A DNA stretch of 64,000 nt from Amphiscolops sp. MND2022 (lineage: Eukaryota), in NCBI GenBank assembly GCA_964187785.1, contig OZ076409.1, positions 71,550,001 through 71,614,000 on the forward strand, written 5' to 3'. Shown here piece after piece: positions 11,586 through 24,400 of the stretch (positions within the stretch are counted from its first letter, which is position 1; the number at the start of each line of letters is the position of its first letter). The notes beneath the pieces were generated by a model. That model did no database searches and was not told the DNA's origin. It saw only the letters and a program-made list of their open reading frames with translations. A program made the translations under genes and the position numbers.

Positions 11586-14500
11586 GTGCGGGGGGGAAAC
11601 CCCTTCCTTTATCTTGGAGGATTCGGGTAGGGTCCTGAATCCGAGTTCAGTGCCGCCAGCTCTCAGTAGAAATCTGGGCATTTTTTTGCGATCTCGTGAT
11701 CTAACCATAGGATTTTAAAGTTGGAGCGGCCCCCACCAGATTTTCCAAAGTTATTCGCCCCCCACCGGGTTCCAGCGTGATTGAAATATTTTGTCGGGGT
11801 ACACGGGCGACCGTTAGGGGTCATTTTAGGGGTAAAATTCATATTGGGCCACATAACTTTTTTTCTGTTGATTTAAAACTTTAGGACCCTGCTAAAAGTT
11901 TCTTGACCATGTTGCAGGGGCCCCGGAGGTCCAAACCAAATTTTTCTATCTTGAAGCTATCTCCAAGTACCCCCCCGCCCAAACCGTTATTTTTCCGGAA
12001 ACGCCGGTTTTTGACCCGGAAGGAGTCGTCTGAGCGCGGGGTCGTTAGGTGATGTTTTGGGGACGGCCTCGAGACGAAGCGGGGGATATATAGTTTGCCG
12101 ACCCCAGTTTACCCCCCGCACGGGAAATGACCGTTATATGAGCGGGAAAAATGCCCCCCTCCACGTTTTACCGCTATTTCCGGTGTGAAGGAGTGGGAGT
12201 AGCGCGTCGGGTGTTATATAACAAAAGTAGGTTTAGACAAGGACCTATCGGAAACATGTAGTTTGGGACCCCCTGGACCAACCCGTTAGCGAGAAATGGG
12301 GCTTCCGCCTCCTTTTTTTACTGCTAAAACCGTAAAATGGGCGTTGAGGGGTAAATATCTCGTGAACGCGTGGAGCAATCGTGTCCATCACTACTACAAG
12401 GTTTCATACCCATGATATGGTGCCTTCAGGGGGGCAAACAGATTTCCGCTATCTATCACCGTTACCGACTTGGCCCCCCAGCCTAACCGCTATGTGACCG
12501 GAAATGTCACTTTTTGAGCCCAAAGGGTCGGTCCCAGCCGGGGAACGTTAGGTAACTTATTGTAGTACTCAATGAGACGAGTTGGGGGATATAGTTTCAG
12601 TCACCCCCCGTTACCCCTTGGGACCGGAAATGACCGTTATGTGGGTAAAATTGCATTTTTTATACTTTTTCAAGTGTATTTAGGTGCGGAAGGAGTGGTA
12701 ATAGGTGCTTGGACACTATATGAGGTAAGGGAGGACGTGAGGCGAGCATTCGGAAATAACCGTTATGTTGACCCTAAAGTCCCCCTGGTACCGTAAACGA
12801 CCGGAAATGGTCAAATTTTGTGTCTATTGGGTACAAATGTTTAGTATTTTGTAGATAAAAGTATCTATTAGGTGTTTCGACGGTCTGCAATAGTGAACAT
12901 AGTCATAAAACCTTGTGGGGGGTAACGGGGTATATAGCAACGGAAGTCCAAACCGTTGGACACAGGATAGGTTTTTGGTTTGAAAATGTCTTTCGGCGTA
13001 CTTTTGTCGACTATTATGGACTATTATTAAAAATTAAAGTTTTTCCATATAGTTTCAGAGACTCCGAAACCTCAACCAACATAACCGTTACATTTTGATA
13101 GCCTTTCAAGTTGGCCTGGTGTCAACTTGGAAGCGCTATCCTTCTGAAATCGTTAATCAAGAGTGTTTTTGGGTAGGTATATATTGCATTAGTACCAATT
13201 AGAGCTTCATCAACAGTGTATCAACGACAAAAACTATGCCGTCAGGATTCCGTTATTAGAATCATAGTGAGCAAATTGTTGAAAAAAATGGTTTTTTCCA
13301 TACAAAATGTGTCCTAAATGCCAGGAAACCTATTTACCTAACAAATGGTATTAATTGGAATGTATGTAACAGATTTATAAAAGTTCAAATTGAATATTAC
13401 ATTTCATTATGGAAGCTGAAACGTAATATTTTAGTTCAATTAACGTCAACGCCACACACTTTACATCAACGCCCATCGTCTGTGGGCATGCCGAGGCATG
13501 CCCTTCGACGACGTATACCAAATACATACCCAAACGACGCCCGTATATCCCGGGCTAGGTGCGGGGGGGTAACCCCTACAAAGATATTGGAGGATTCGGG
13601 TAGGGTCCTGAATCCGAGTTCAGTGCTGCCAGCTATCGTTAGGGATTTGAGAAAATTTTGCCGATCTCGTGATCTAACCGTAGGATTTTAAAGTTGGAGC
13701 GGCCCCCACCAGATTTTCCAAAGTTATTCGCCCCCCACCGGGTTCCAGCGTGATTGAAATATTTTGACGGGGTACACGGGCGACCGTTAGGGGTCATTTT
13801 GGGGGTAAAATTTATATCCGGTCGCATAACTTTTTTCCTGTTGGTTTAAAACTTTGGGATCCTGCTAAAAGTTTCTTGACCGTGTTGCAGTGGCTCCGGA
13901 TGTCCAAACCAAATTTTTCTATCTTGAAGCTATCTCCAAGTACCCCCCCGCCCAAACCGTTATTTTTCCGGAAACGCAGGTTTTTGACCCGGAAGGAGTC
14001 GTCTGAGCGCGGGGTCGTTAGGTGATGTATTGGGGACGGCCTTGAGACGAAGCGGGGGACATGTAGTTTGCCGACCCCAGTTTACCCCCCGGACGGGAAA
14101 TGACCGTTATTTGAGCGGGAAAAATGCCCCCCTCCACGTTTTACCGCTATTTCCGGTGTGAAGGAGTGGGAGTAGCGCGTCGGGTGCCATATATCAAAAG
14201 TAGGTTTAGACAAGGACCTATCAGAAACATGTGGTTTGGGACCCCCTGGACCAACCCGTTAGCGGGAAAAGGGGCTTCCGCCTCCTTTTATTACTGCTAA
14301 AACCGTAAAATGGGCATTGAGGGGTAAATATCTCGTGAACGCGTGGAGCTACAGTGTCCATCACTACTACATGGTTTCATACCCATGATATGGTGCCTTC
14401 AGGGGGGCAAACAGATTTCCGCTATCTATCACCGTTACCGACTTGGCCCCCCAGCCTAACCGCTATGTGACCGGAAATGTCACTTTTTGAGCCCAAAGGG

Positions 14501-17500
14501 TCGGTCCCAGCCGGTGAACGTTAGGTAACTTATTGTAGTGCTAATTGAGACGAGTTGGGGGATATAGTTTCAGTCACCCCCCGTTGCCCCTTAGGACCGG
14601 AAATGACCGTTATGTGGGTAAAATTGCAATTTTTATACTTTTTCAAGTGTATTTAGGTGCGGAAGGAGTGGTAATAGGTGCTTGGACACTATATGAAGGA
14701 AGGGAGGACGTGAGGCGAGCATTCGAAAATAACCGTTATGTTGACCCTGAAGTCCCCCTGGTACCGGAAGTGACCCGTAATGTTCAAATTTCGTGTTTTT
14801 AGGGTACAAATATTTGGTGTTTTATGGATAACAGTGCCTATTAGGTGTTTCGACGGTCTGCAGTCGTGAACATAGTCATGAAACCTTGTGGGGCGTAACG
14901 GTATATAGCACCGAAAGTCCAAACCGTTGGAGACAGGATAAGTTTTTTGGTTTTAAAATGTCTTTCGGCCTACTTTTGTCGACTATTATGGACTATTTTT
15001 GGAAAATAAAGTTTTTCCATATAGTTTCAAAGACTCCGAAACCTCAACCAACATAACCGTTACCTTATGATAGCCTTTCAAGTTGGCCTAATGTCAACTT
15101 GGAAGGGCTATCCTTCAAAAATCATTAATCAAGTGTGTTTTTGAGTATGTTTGTTTTACTTCAGAATCAATTAGAGCTTCAAGAAAAGTTTGCCAACAAT
15201 AAAAACTATGTCGTGATGATTCCGTTATTAGAATAATAGTTAACAAAATATTGATAAAGTTGATTTTTTACATTTCAAATGTGTCCTAAATGCCAGAAAA
15301 ACTCTTTACCAAAAACAAATGGTATTGATTGGATTGTATATAACAGCTAATAAAAGTTCAAATTGAATATTACGTTTCATTATGGAAGCTGAAATGTCAT
15401 ATTATAGTTTCATTAACGTCAACGGCACATACTTTACATCAACGCCCACCGTCTGTGGGCATGCCGAGGCATGCCCTTCGACGACGTATACCAAATTCCT
15501 CCAACACAACACCCTCGAGCGCGGTAGCAGCTAGGTGCGGGGGGGTAACCCCAACAAAGATATTGGAGGATTCGGGTAGGGTCCTGAATCCGATTTTAAC
15601 TCTAATAGCTATCGATAGGAAATCTTGCAAAAATTTCGGGATCTCGTGATCTAACCATAGGATTTTAAAGTTGGAGCGGCCCCCACCAGATTTTCCGAAA
15701 ATTAGCGCCCCCCACCGGGTTCCAGCGTGATTGAAATATTTTGTCGGGGTACACGGGCGACCGTTAGGGGTCATTTTAGGGGTAAAATTTATAAAAGTTC
15801 GCATAACTTTTTTCCTGTTGGTTTAAAACTTTAGGACCCTGCTAAAAGTTTCTTGACCATGTTGCAGGGGCTCCGGAGGTCCAAACCAAATTTTTCTATC
15901 TTGAAGCTATCTCCAAGTACCCCCCCGCTCAAACCGTTATTTTTCCGGAAACGCAGGTTTTTGACCCGGAAGGAGTCGTCTGAGCGCGGGGTCGTTAGGT
16001 GATGTATTGGGGACGGCCTTGAGACGAAGTGGGGGACAAGTAGTTTGCCAACCTCAATTTACCCCCCGGACGGGAAATGACCGTTATATGAGCGTGAAAA
16101 ATGCCCCCCTCCACGTTTTACCGCTATTTCCGGTGTGAAGGAGTGGGAGTAGCGCGTCGGGTGTTATATAACAAAAGTAGGTTTAGACAAGGACCTATCG
16201 GAAACATGTAGTTTGGGACCCCCTGGACCAACCCGTTAGCGGGAAATGGGGCTTCCGCCTCCTTTTTTTAGTGCTAAAACCGTAAAATGGGCATTGAGGG
16301 GTAAATATCTCGTGAACGCGTGGAGCAATCGTGTCCATCACTACTACAAGGTTTCATACCCATGATATGGTGCCTTCAGGGGGGCAAACAGATTTCCGCT
16401 ATCTATCACCGTTACCGACTTGGCCCCCCAGCCTAACCGCTATGTGACCGGAAATGTCACTTTTTGAGCCCAAAGGGTCGGACCCAGCCTGGGAACGTTA
16501 GGTAACTTATTGTAGTACTCAATGAGACGAGTTGGGGGATATAGTTTCAGTCACCCCCCGTTACCCCTTGGGACCGGAAATGACCGTTATGTGGGTAAAA
16601 TTGCAATTTTTATACTTTTTCAAGTGTATTTAGGTGCGGAAGGAGTGGTAATAGGTGCTTGGACACTATATGAGGTAAGGGAGGACGTGAGGCGAGCATT
16701 CGGAAATAACCGTTATGTTGACCCTAAAGTCCCCCTGGTACCGTAAACGACCGGAAATGGTCAAATTTTGTGTCTATTGGGTAAAAATGTTTTGTATTTT
16801 GTAGATAAAAGTATCTATTAGGTGTTTCGACGGTCTACAGTAGTGAACATAGTCATGAAACCTTGTGGGGGGTAACGGTATATAGCACCGGAAGTCAAAC
16901 CGTTGGAGACAGGATAGGTTTTTTGGTTTTAAAATGTCTTTCGGCGTAATTTTTTCGACTCTTGTGGACTATTTTTAAAAATTAAAGTTTTTCCATATAG
17001 TTTCAGAGACTCCGAAACCTCAACCAACATAACCGTTACCTTATGATAGCCTTTCAAGTTGGCCTGGTGTCAACTTGGAAGCGCTATCCTTCTGAAATCG
17101 TTAATCAAGAGTGTTTTTGGGTAGGTATATATTGCATTAGTACCAATTAGAGCTTCATCAACAGTGTATCAACGACAAAAACTATGCCGTCATGATTCCG
17201 TTATTAGAATCATAGTGAGCAAATTGTTGAAAAAAATGGTTTTTTCCATACAAAATGTGTCCTAAATGCCAGGAAACCTATTTACCTAACAAATGGTATT
17301 AATTGGAATGTTTGTAACAGATTTATAAAAGTTCAAATTGAATATTACATTTCATTATGGAAGCTGAAACGTCATATTTTAGTTTAATTAACGTCAACGC
17401 CACACACTTTACATCAACGCACACCGTCTGTGGGCATGCCGAGGCATGCCCTTCGACGACGTAAGACAAATCCTTATCAAACGACGCCCGTACATCCCGG

Positions 17501-20500
17501 GCTAGGTGCGGGGGGGAAACCCCAACAAAATTTTTGGAGGATTCGGGTAGGGTCCTGAATCCGAGTTCAGTGCTGCCAGCTTTCGTTAAGAAAATTTGGA
17601 TAGGATTCGGGATCTCGTGATCTAACCATAGGATTTTAAAGTTGGAGCGGCCCCCACCAGATTTTCCGAAAATTAGCGCCCCCCACCGGGTTCCATACCC
17701 CGGAAAATTTTTTTCTGGCCACACGGGCGACCGTTAGGGGGTCATTTTAGGGGTAAAATTCATATTGGGCCACATAACTTTTTTTCTGTTGATTTAAAAC
17801 TTTGGGACCCTGCTAAAAGTTTCTTGACCGTGTTGCAGTGGCTCCGGAGGTCCAAACCAAATTTTTCTATCTTGAAGCTATCTCCAAGTACCCCCCCGCC
17901 CAAACCGTTATTTTTCCGGAAACGCAGGTTTTTGACCCGGAAGGAGTCGTCTGAGCGCGGGGTCGTTAGGTGATGTATTGGGGACGGCCTTGAGACGAAG
18001 CGGGGGACATGTAGTTTGCCGACCCCAGTTTACCCCCCGGACGGGAAATGACCGTTATTTGAGCGGGAAAAATGCCCCCCTCCACGTTTTACCGCTATTT
18101 CCGGTGTGAAGGAGTGGGAGTAGCGCGTCGGGTGTTATATAAGAAAAGTAGGTTTAGACAAGGACCTATCGGAAACATGTAGATTGGGACCCCCTGGACC
18201 AACCCGTTAGCGGGAAATGGGGCTTCCGCCTCCTTTTTTTACTGCTAAAACCGTAAAATGGGCATTGAGGGTTAAATATCTCGTGAACGCGTGGAGCTAC
18301 GGTGTCCATCACTACTACAAGGTTTCATACCCATGATATGGTGCCTTCAGGGGGGCAAACAGATTTCCGCTATCTATCACCGTTACGGACTTGGCCCCCC
18401 AGCCTAACCGCTATGTGACCGGAAATGTCACTTTTTGAGCCCAAAGGGTCGGTCCCAGCCAGGGAACGTTAGGTAATTTATTGTAGTACTCAATGAGACG
18501 AGTTGGGGGACATAGTTTCAGTCACCCCCCGTTACCCCTTGGGACCGGAAATGACCGTTATGTGGGTAAAATTACGATTTTTGTACTTTTTGAAGGGCAA
18601 TTAGGTGCGGAAGGAGTGGTAATAGGTGCTTGTACACTATATGAGGTAAGGGAGGACGTGAGGCGAGCATTCGGAAATAACCGTTATGTTGACCCTAAAG
18701 TCCCCCTGGTACCGGAAGTGACCGGAAATGGTCAAATTTTGTGTCTATTGAGTACAAATGTTTGGTGTTTTATGAATAAAAGTACCTATTAGGTGTTTCG
18801 ACGGTCTGCAGTAGTGAACATAGTCATGAAACCTTACGGGGGGTAACGGTATATAGCACCGGAAGTCCAAACCGTTGGAGACAGGATAGGTTTTTTGGTT
18901 TTAAAATGTCTTTCGGCGTACTTTTGTTGACTATTATGGACTATTTTTAAAAATTAAAGTTTTTCCATATAGTTTCAGAGACTCCGAAACCTCAACCAAC
19001 ATAACCGTTACCTTATGATAGCCTTTCAAGTTGGCCTGGTGTCAACTTGGAAGGGCTATTCTTCAAAAATCATTAATCAAGTGTGTTTTTGAGTATGTTT
19101 GTATTACTTTAGAATCAATTAGAGCTTCAAGAAAAGTTTGCCAACGATAAAAACTATGTCGTGATGATTCCGTTATTAGAATAATAGTTAACAAAATATT
19201 GATAAAGTTGATTTTTTACATTTTAAATGTGTCCTAAAAGCCAGAAAACCTCTTTAACAAACAAATGGTATTGATTGAATAGTATATAACAGGTAATAAA
19301 AGTTCAAATTGGTTTTTACGTTTCATTATGCAAGCTGAAACGTCATATTTTAGTTTAATTAACGTCAACGCCACACACTTTACATCAACGCCCACCGTCT
19401 GTGGGCATGCCGAGGCATGCCCTTCGACGACGTATACCAAATACATACCTAACGACGCCCGTACATCCCGGGCTAGGTGCGGGGGGGTAACCCCAACAAA
19501 ATTTTTGGAGGATTCGGGTAGGGTCCTGAATCCGAGTTCAGTGCTGCCAGCTTTCGTTAAGAAAATTTGGATAGGATTCGGGATCTCGTGATCTAACCAT
19601 AGGATTTTAAAGTTGGAGCGGCCCCCACCAGATTTTCCGAAAATTAGCGCCCCCCACCGGGTTCCATACCCCGGAAAATTTTTTTCTGGCCACACGGGCG
19701 ACCGTTAGGGGGTCATTTTAGGGGTAAAATTCATATTGGGCCACATAACTTTTTTTCTGTTGATTTAAAACTTTGGGACCCTGCTAAAAGTTTCTTGACC
19801 GTGTTGCAGTGGCTCCGGAGGTCCAAACCAAATTTTTCTATCTTGAAGCTATCTCCAAGTACCCCCCCGCCCAAAACGTTATTTTTCCGGAAACGCAGGT
19901 TTTTGACCCGGAAGGAGTCGTCTGAGCGCGGGGTCGTTAGGTGATGTTTTGGGGACGGCCTTGAGACGAAGTGGGGGACATGTAGTTTGCCGACCTCGGT
20001 TTACCCCTCGGACAGGAAATGACCGTTATATGAGCGGGAAAATTGCCCCCCTCCACGTTTTACCGCTATTTCCGGTGTGAAGGAGTGGGAGTAGCGCGTC
20101 GGGTGCCATATATCAAAAGTAGGTTTCGACAAGGATCTATCGGAAACATGTGGTTTGGGACCCCCTGGACCAACCCGTTAGCAGGAAATGGGGCTTCCGG
20201 CCCGTTTTTTTACGGTTAAAAACGGAAAATGGGCATTGAGGGGTAAATATCTCGTGAACGCGTGGAGCTACGGTGTCCATCACTACTACAAGGTTTCATA
20301 CCCATGATATGGTGCCTTCAGGGGGGCAAACAGATTTCCGCTATCTATCACCGTTACAGACTTGGCCCCCCAGCCTAACCGCTATGTGACCGGAAATGTC
20401 ACTTTTTGAGCCCAAAGGGTCGGTCCCAGCCAGGGAACGTTAGGTAACTTATTGTAGTACTCATTGAGACGAGTTGGGGGACATAGTTTCAGTCACCCCC

Positions 20501-21449
20501 CGTTACCCCTTGGGACCGGAAATGACCGTTATGTGGGTAAAATTGCAATTTTTATACTTTCTCAAGTGTATTTAGGTGCGGAAGGAGTGGTAATAGGTGC
20601 TTGGACACTATATGAGGTAAGGGAGGACGTGAGGCGAGCATTCGGAAATAACCGTTATGTTGACCCTAAAGTCCCCCTGGTACCGTAAACGACCGGAAAT
20701 TGTCAAATTTTGTGTTTTTAGGGTACAAATGTTTAGTATTTTGTAGATAAAAGTATCTATTAGGTGTTTCGACGGTCTGCAATAGTGAACATAGTCATGA
20801 AACCTTGTGGGGGGTAACGGGGTATATAGCACCGGAAGTCCAAACCGTTGGACATAGGATAGGTTTTTGGTTTGAAAATGTCTTTCGGCGTACTTTTGTC
20901 GACTATTATGGACTATTATTAAAAATTAAAGTTTTCCATATAGTTTCAGAGACTCCGAAACCTCAACCAACATAACCGTTACATTTTGATAGCCTTTCAA
21001 GTTGACCTGGTGTCAACTTGGAAGCGCTATCCTTCTGAAATCGTTAATCAAGAGTGTTTTTGGGTAGGTATATATTGCATTAGTACCAATTAAAGCTTCA
21101 TCAACAGTGTATCAACGACAAAAACTATGTCGTCATGATTCCGTTATCAGAATCATAGTGAGCAAATTGTTGAAAAAAATGGTTTTTTCCATACAAAATG
21201 TGTCCTAAATGCCAGGAAACCTATTTACCTAACAAATGGTATTAATTGGAATGTATGTAACAGAGTTATAAAAGTTCAAATTGAATATTACATTTCATTA
21301 TGGAAGCTGAAACGTCATATTTTAGTTTAATTAACGTCAACGCCACACACTTTACATCAACGCCCACCGTCTGTGGGCATGCCGAGGCATGCCCTTCGAC
21401 GACGTATACCAAATACATACCCAAACGACGCCCGTACATGCCGGGCTAG
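11586..21449 (+). mobile_element. Five tandem family B units (~1.97 kb; starts 11586, 13559, 15535, 17506, 19477)
   Basis: Highly similar colinear copies starting GTGCGGGGGG and ending hairpin...CTAG. Confidence 0.9.
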
Positions 21450-24400
21450 GTGCCGGGATTTCTATTCGTTCGAGTAAGTGGCGCGTGTGGGTAGGGCCCC
21501 TGGCGCGCTCTTGTGTTTCGGGTTTTCCTACTCCTAAACCGCGTTCAGATTTTCGGGATCTCGTAAACTAGCCATACGATTTGGCTGAAATTTGGCACAC
21601 GTACCCCCCTCGGCACGGTGAAGATGATTCCCTACTGACGTTTTGCCCGCTAAACATTTTTTGTTGACCAAAATAACGGTTTTTGGTGGAAAATTTTCAA
21701 CTTTTTTTAAATTTCATCTTATATCTCGCCCCAGGTTTACGCTAGCGCTTCAAAACCTTGCTGACGAAACTTCGCAAACTGTCTCAGGAATGCGGTGTGA
21801 AATTTTCAGCTCAATCGAACTTAAACTCGGGGAGATATAGCGTTTTTCCGGAGCGGGGGGGTTTCATTTTTCTAACGGTTCAGCTTATCTTTGCCATTTT
21901 TTCGAAAATGTACTCGCCTAAAGGCCTCCCCTGGCCGGTTTTACTCCCAAAAAAACCATTTGGCCCAAAATACGGAGTTTCAGCGTTCTAGCATTCCGGG
22001 GCGAAAAGTTGTGGGACTTAGTAAATTTCAAAAATTTTCAAAAATTTTTTTTTCGTTATTTGGGCCCCCAAAGTGGGGGAAAAGACCCCCCAACCAGTAA
22101 TTTGAGTGAATTCATGTGGAAAGGCCATGTTTAGCGGAGAAAAATGCCGTTTAGATCGTCTTTTTATTTTAACCTGTTGTTGACTTATGTTGTTTTGAAG
22201 GTGATGTTTGGATGTGTGAAGCATGTGAAAATGTAATTTTTTGTGTCTTTATCTCTTCTAAAAGCCATTGAGATGCAATCTGTTTTGCTCAAAACGTAAT
22301 TCAATGCAATTTGGCAGTCAATGAACACAATTTGGTGTCTTTTGACATATTTTTCTGTTGATATAATAAAAAATTTTGTGTCTTTATTCATATTTTTTAA
22401 ATGAAATAACTTGAAACAGTTGAGTACATTCCATCCCCCCTTCCGGGGGAGATGGAAATGTACTCGCTAAAAGCCGCGAACAAGAGCCCATACCTTCCTG
22501 CGCTACGCAGTATAAAGATTGCATGTTGGTTCCGACTTTTTGGTAGTGTTATATCTTGGTAATTTGACTGAATATGGAGAAAAATCAGCACGTGCTCTTT
22601 TATAGCAAGTTGCTGACAACGACAATTTTTTTTTATCAACGCCCCCATATTTATCAACGCCCCCCGTCCGTGGGCATGCCGAGGCATGCCCTTCGACGAC
22701 GTGCACCAAGATATACCCCAAGCGCGTTAGCCTAGGTGCCGGGATTTCTATTCGATAAAGTATGTGGCGCGCCTTGGGTAGGGTCCCTTGCGCGCTCTTG
22801 GGTATGGTGTTCACCAGCTAGGAAATAGGGGTCGATTTTTCGGGATCTCCTAAACTAGCCACACGATTTGGCTGAAATTTGGCACACGTACTCCCCTCGG
22901 CACGGTGAAGATGATTTCCTACTGACGTTTTTCCCGCAAAATTTTTTTTGTTGTCCAAAATAACGGTTTTTGGGGTAAAATTTTGAATTTTTTTTAAATT
23001 TCATCTTATATCTCGCCACGGGTTTACGCTAGCGCTTCAAAACCCTGCTAAAGAAAGCTTGCAAACTGTCTCAGGAATGCGGTGTGAATTTTTCAGCTCA
23101 ATCGGACTCAAACTCAGGGAGATATAGCGTTTTTCCGGAGCGGGGGGGTTTCATTTTTCTAACGGTCCAGCTTATCTTAGCCATTTTTTCAAAAATGTAC
23201 TCGCCTAAAGACCTCCCCTGGCCGGTTTTATTCCCAGCAAAACCATTTGGCCCTAAATACGGAGTTTCAGCGTTCCAGCATTCCCGGGCGAAAAGTTGTG
23301 GGACTTAGAAAATTTCAAAAATTTTCAAAAAATTTTTTTTCCGTTTTCCGCCCTCCCCCCCTAGGGGAAAAGACCCCCCAACCAGTAATTTGAGTGAATT
23401 CATGTGGAAAGGCCATGTTTAGAGGAGAAAAATACCGTTTAGATCGTCTTTTTATCTTTATTCAACGTTGACTTATGACGTTTTGAAGGTGATGTTTGGA
23501 GGTGTGAAGCACGTGAAAAGTAAACGTTAGGAGTATTTATCTGATCTGAAAGCCATTGAGATGCAACCTGTTTTGCTCAGAACGTAATTCATATCAGTTT
23601 GGTAGTCAATCAACACCCTTTGTTGTCATTTGACATCTTTTTTTGTTAATATAAGAAAAAATTTCGTGTATTTATTCATTTTTTTATCATCAAATAACTT
23701 GAAACAGTTGAGTACATTCCATCCCCCCTTCACGGGGGAGATGAGAATGTACTCGCAGAAAGCCCCGAACTACGGCCCTTACCTTCCTGAGCTACGCAGT
23801 ATAAAGATTGCATATTGGTTCCGACATTTTGATAGAGTTATATCTTGGTAATCTGTCTGGGTATGCAGAAAAACCAGCACGTGCTTTTTTATACCAAGTT
23901 GCTCACAACGACATTTATTTTATATCAACGCCCCCATATTTATCAACGCCCCCCGTCCGTGGGCATGCCGAGGCATGCCCTTCGACGACGTATACCAAGA
24001 TATGTTCGAGCGCGTTAGCCTAGGTGCCGGTGTCTTTTTACACAATGGGGGAAGTTGCGCGGTTGGGGAGGGTCCCTGACGCGCTTCCGTGAGATCAGGT
24101 TTTTCAACTAGTGAAATCGACAAAGAAAATTGAGATCTCGTAAACTAGCCATACGATTTGGCTGAAATTTGGCACACGTACCCCCCTCGGCACGGTGAAG
24201 ATGATTTCCTACTGACGTTTTTCCCGCTAAACATTTTTTGTTGACCAAAATAACGGTTTTTGGGGTAAAATTTTCAACTTTTTTTAAATTTCATCTTATA
24301 TCTCGCCACGGGTGCACGCTAGCGCTTCCGAACCTTTCTGACGAAAGTTTGCAAACTGTCTCAGGAATGCTGTGTGAAAATTTCAGCTCAATCGGACTTA

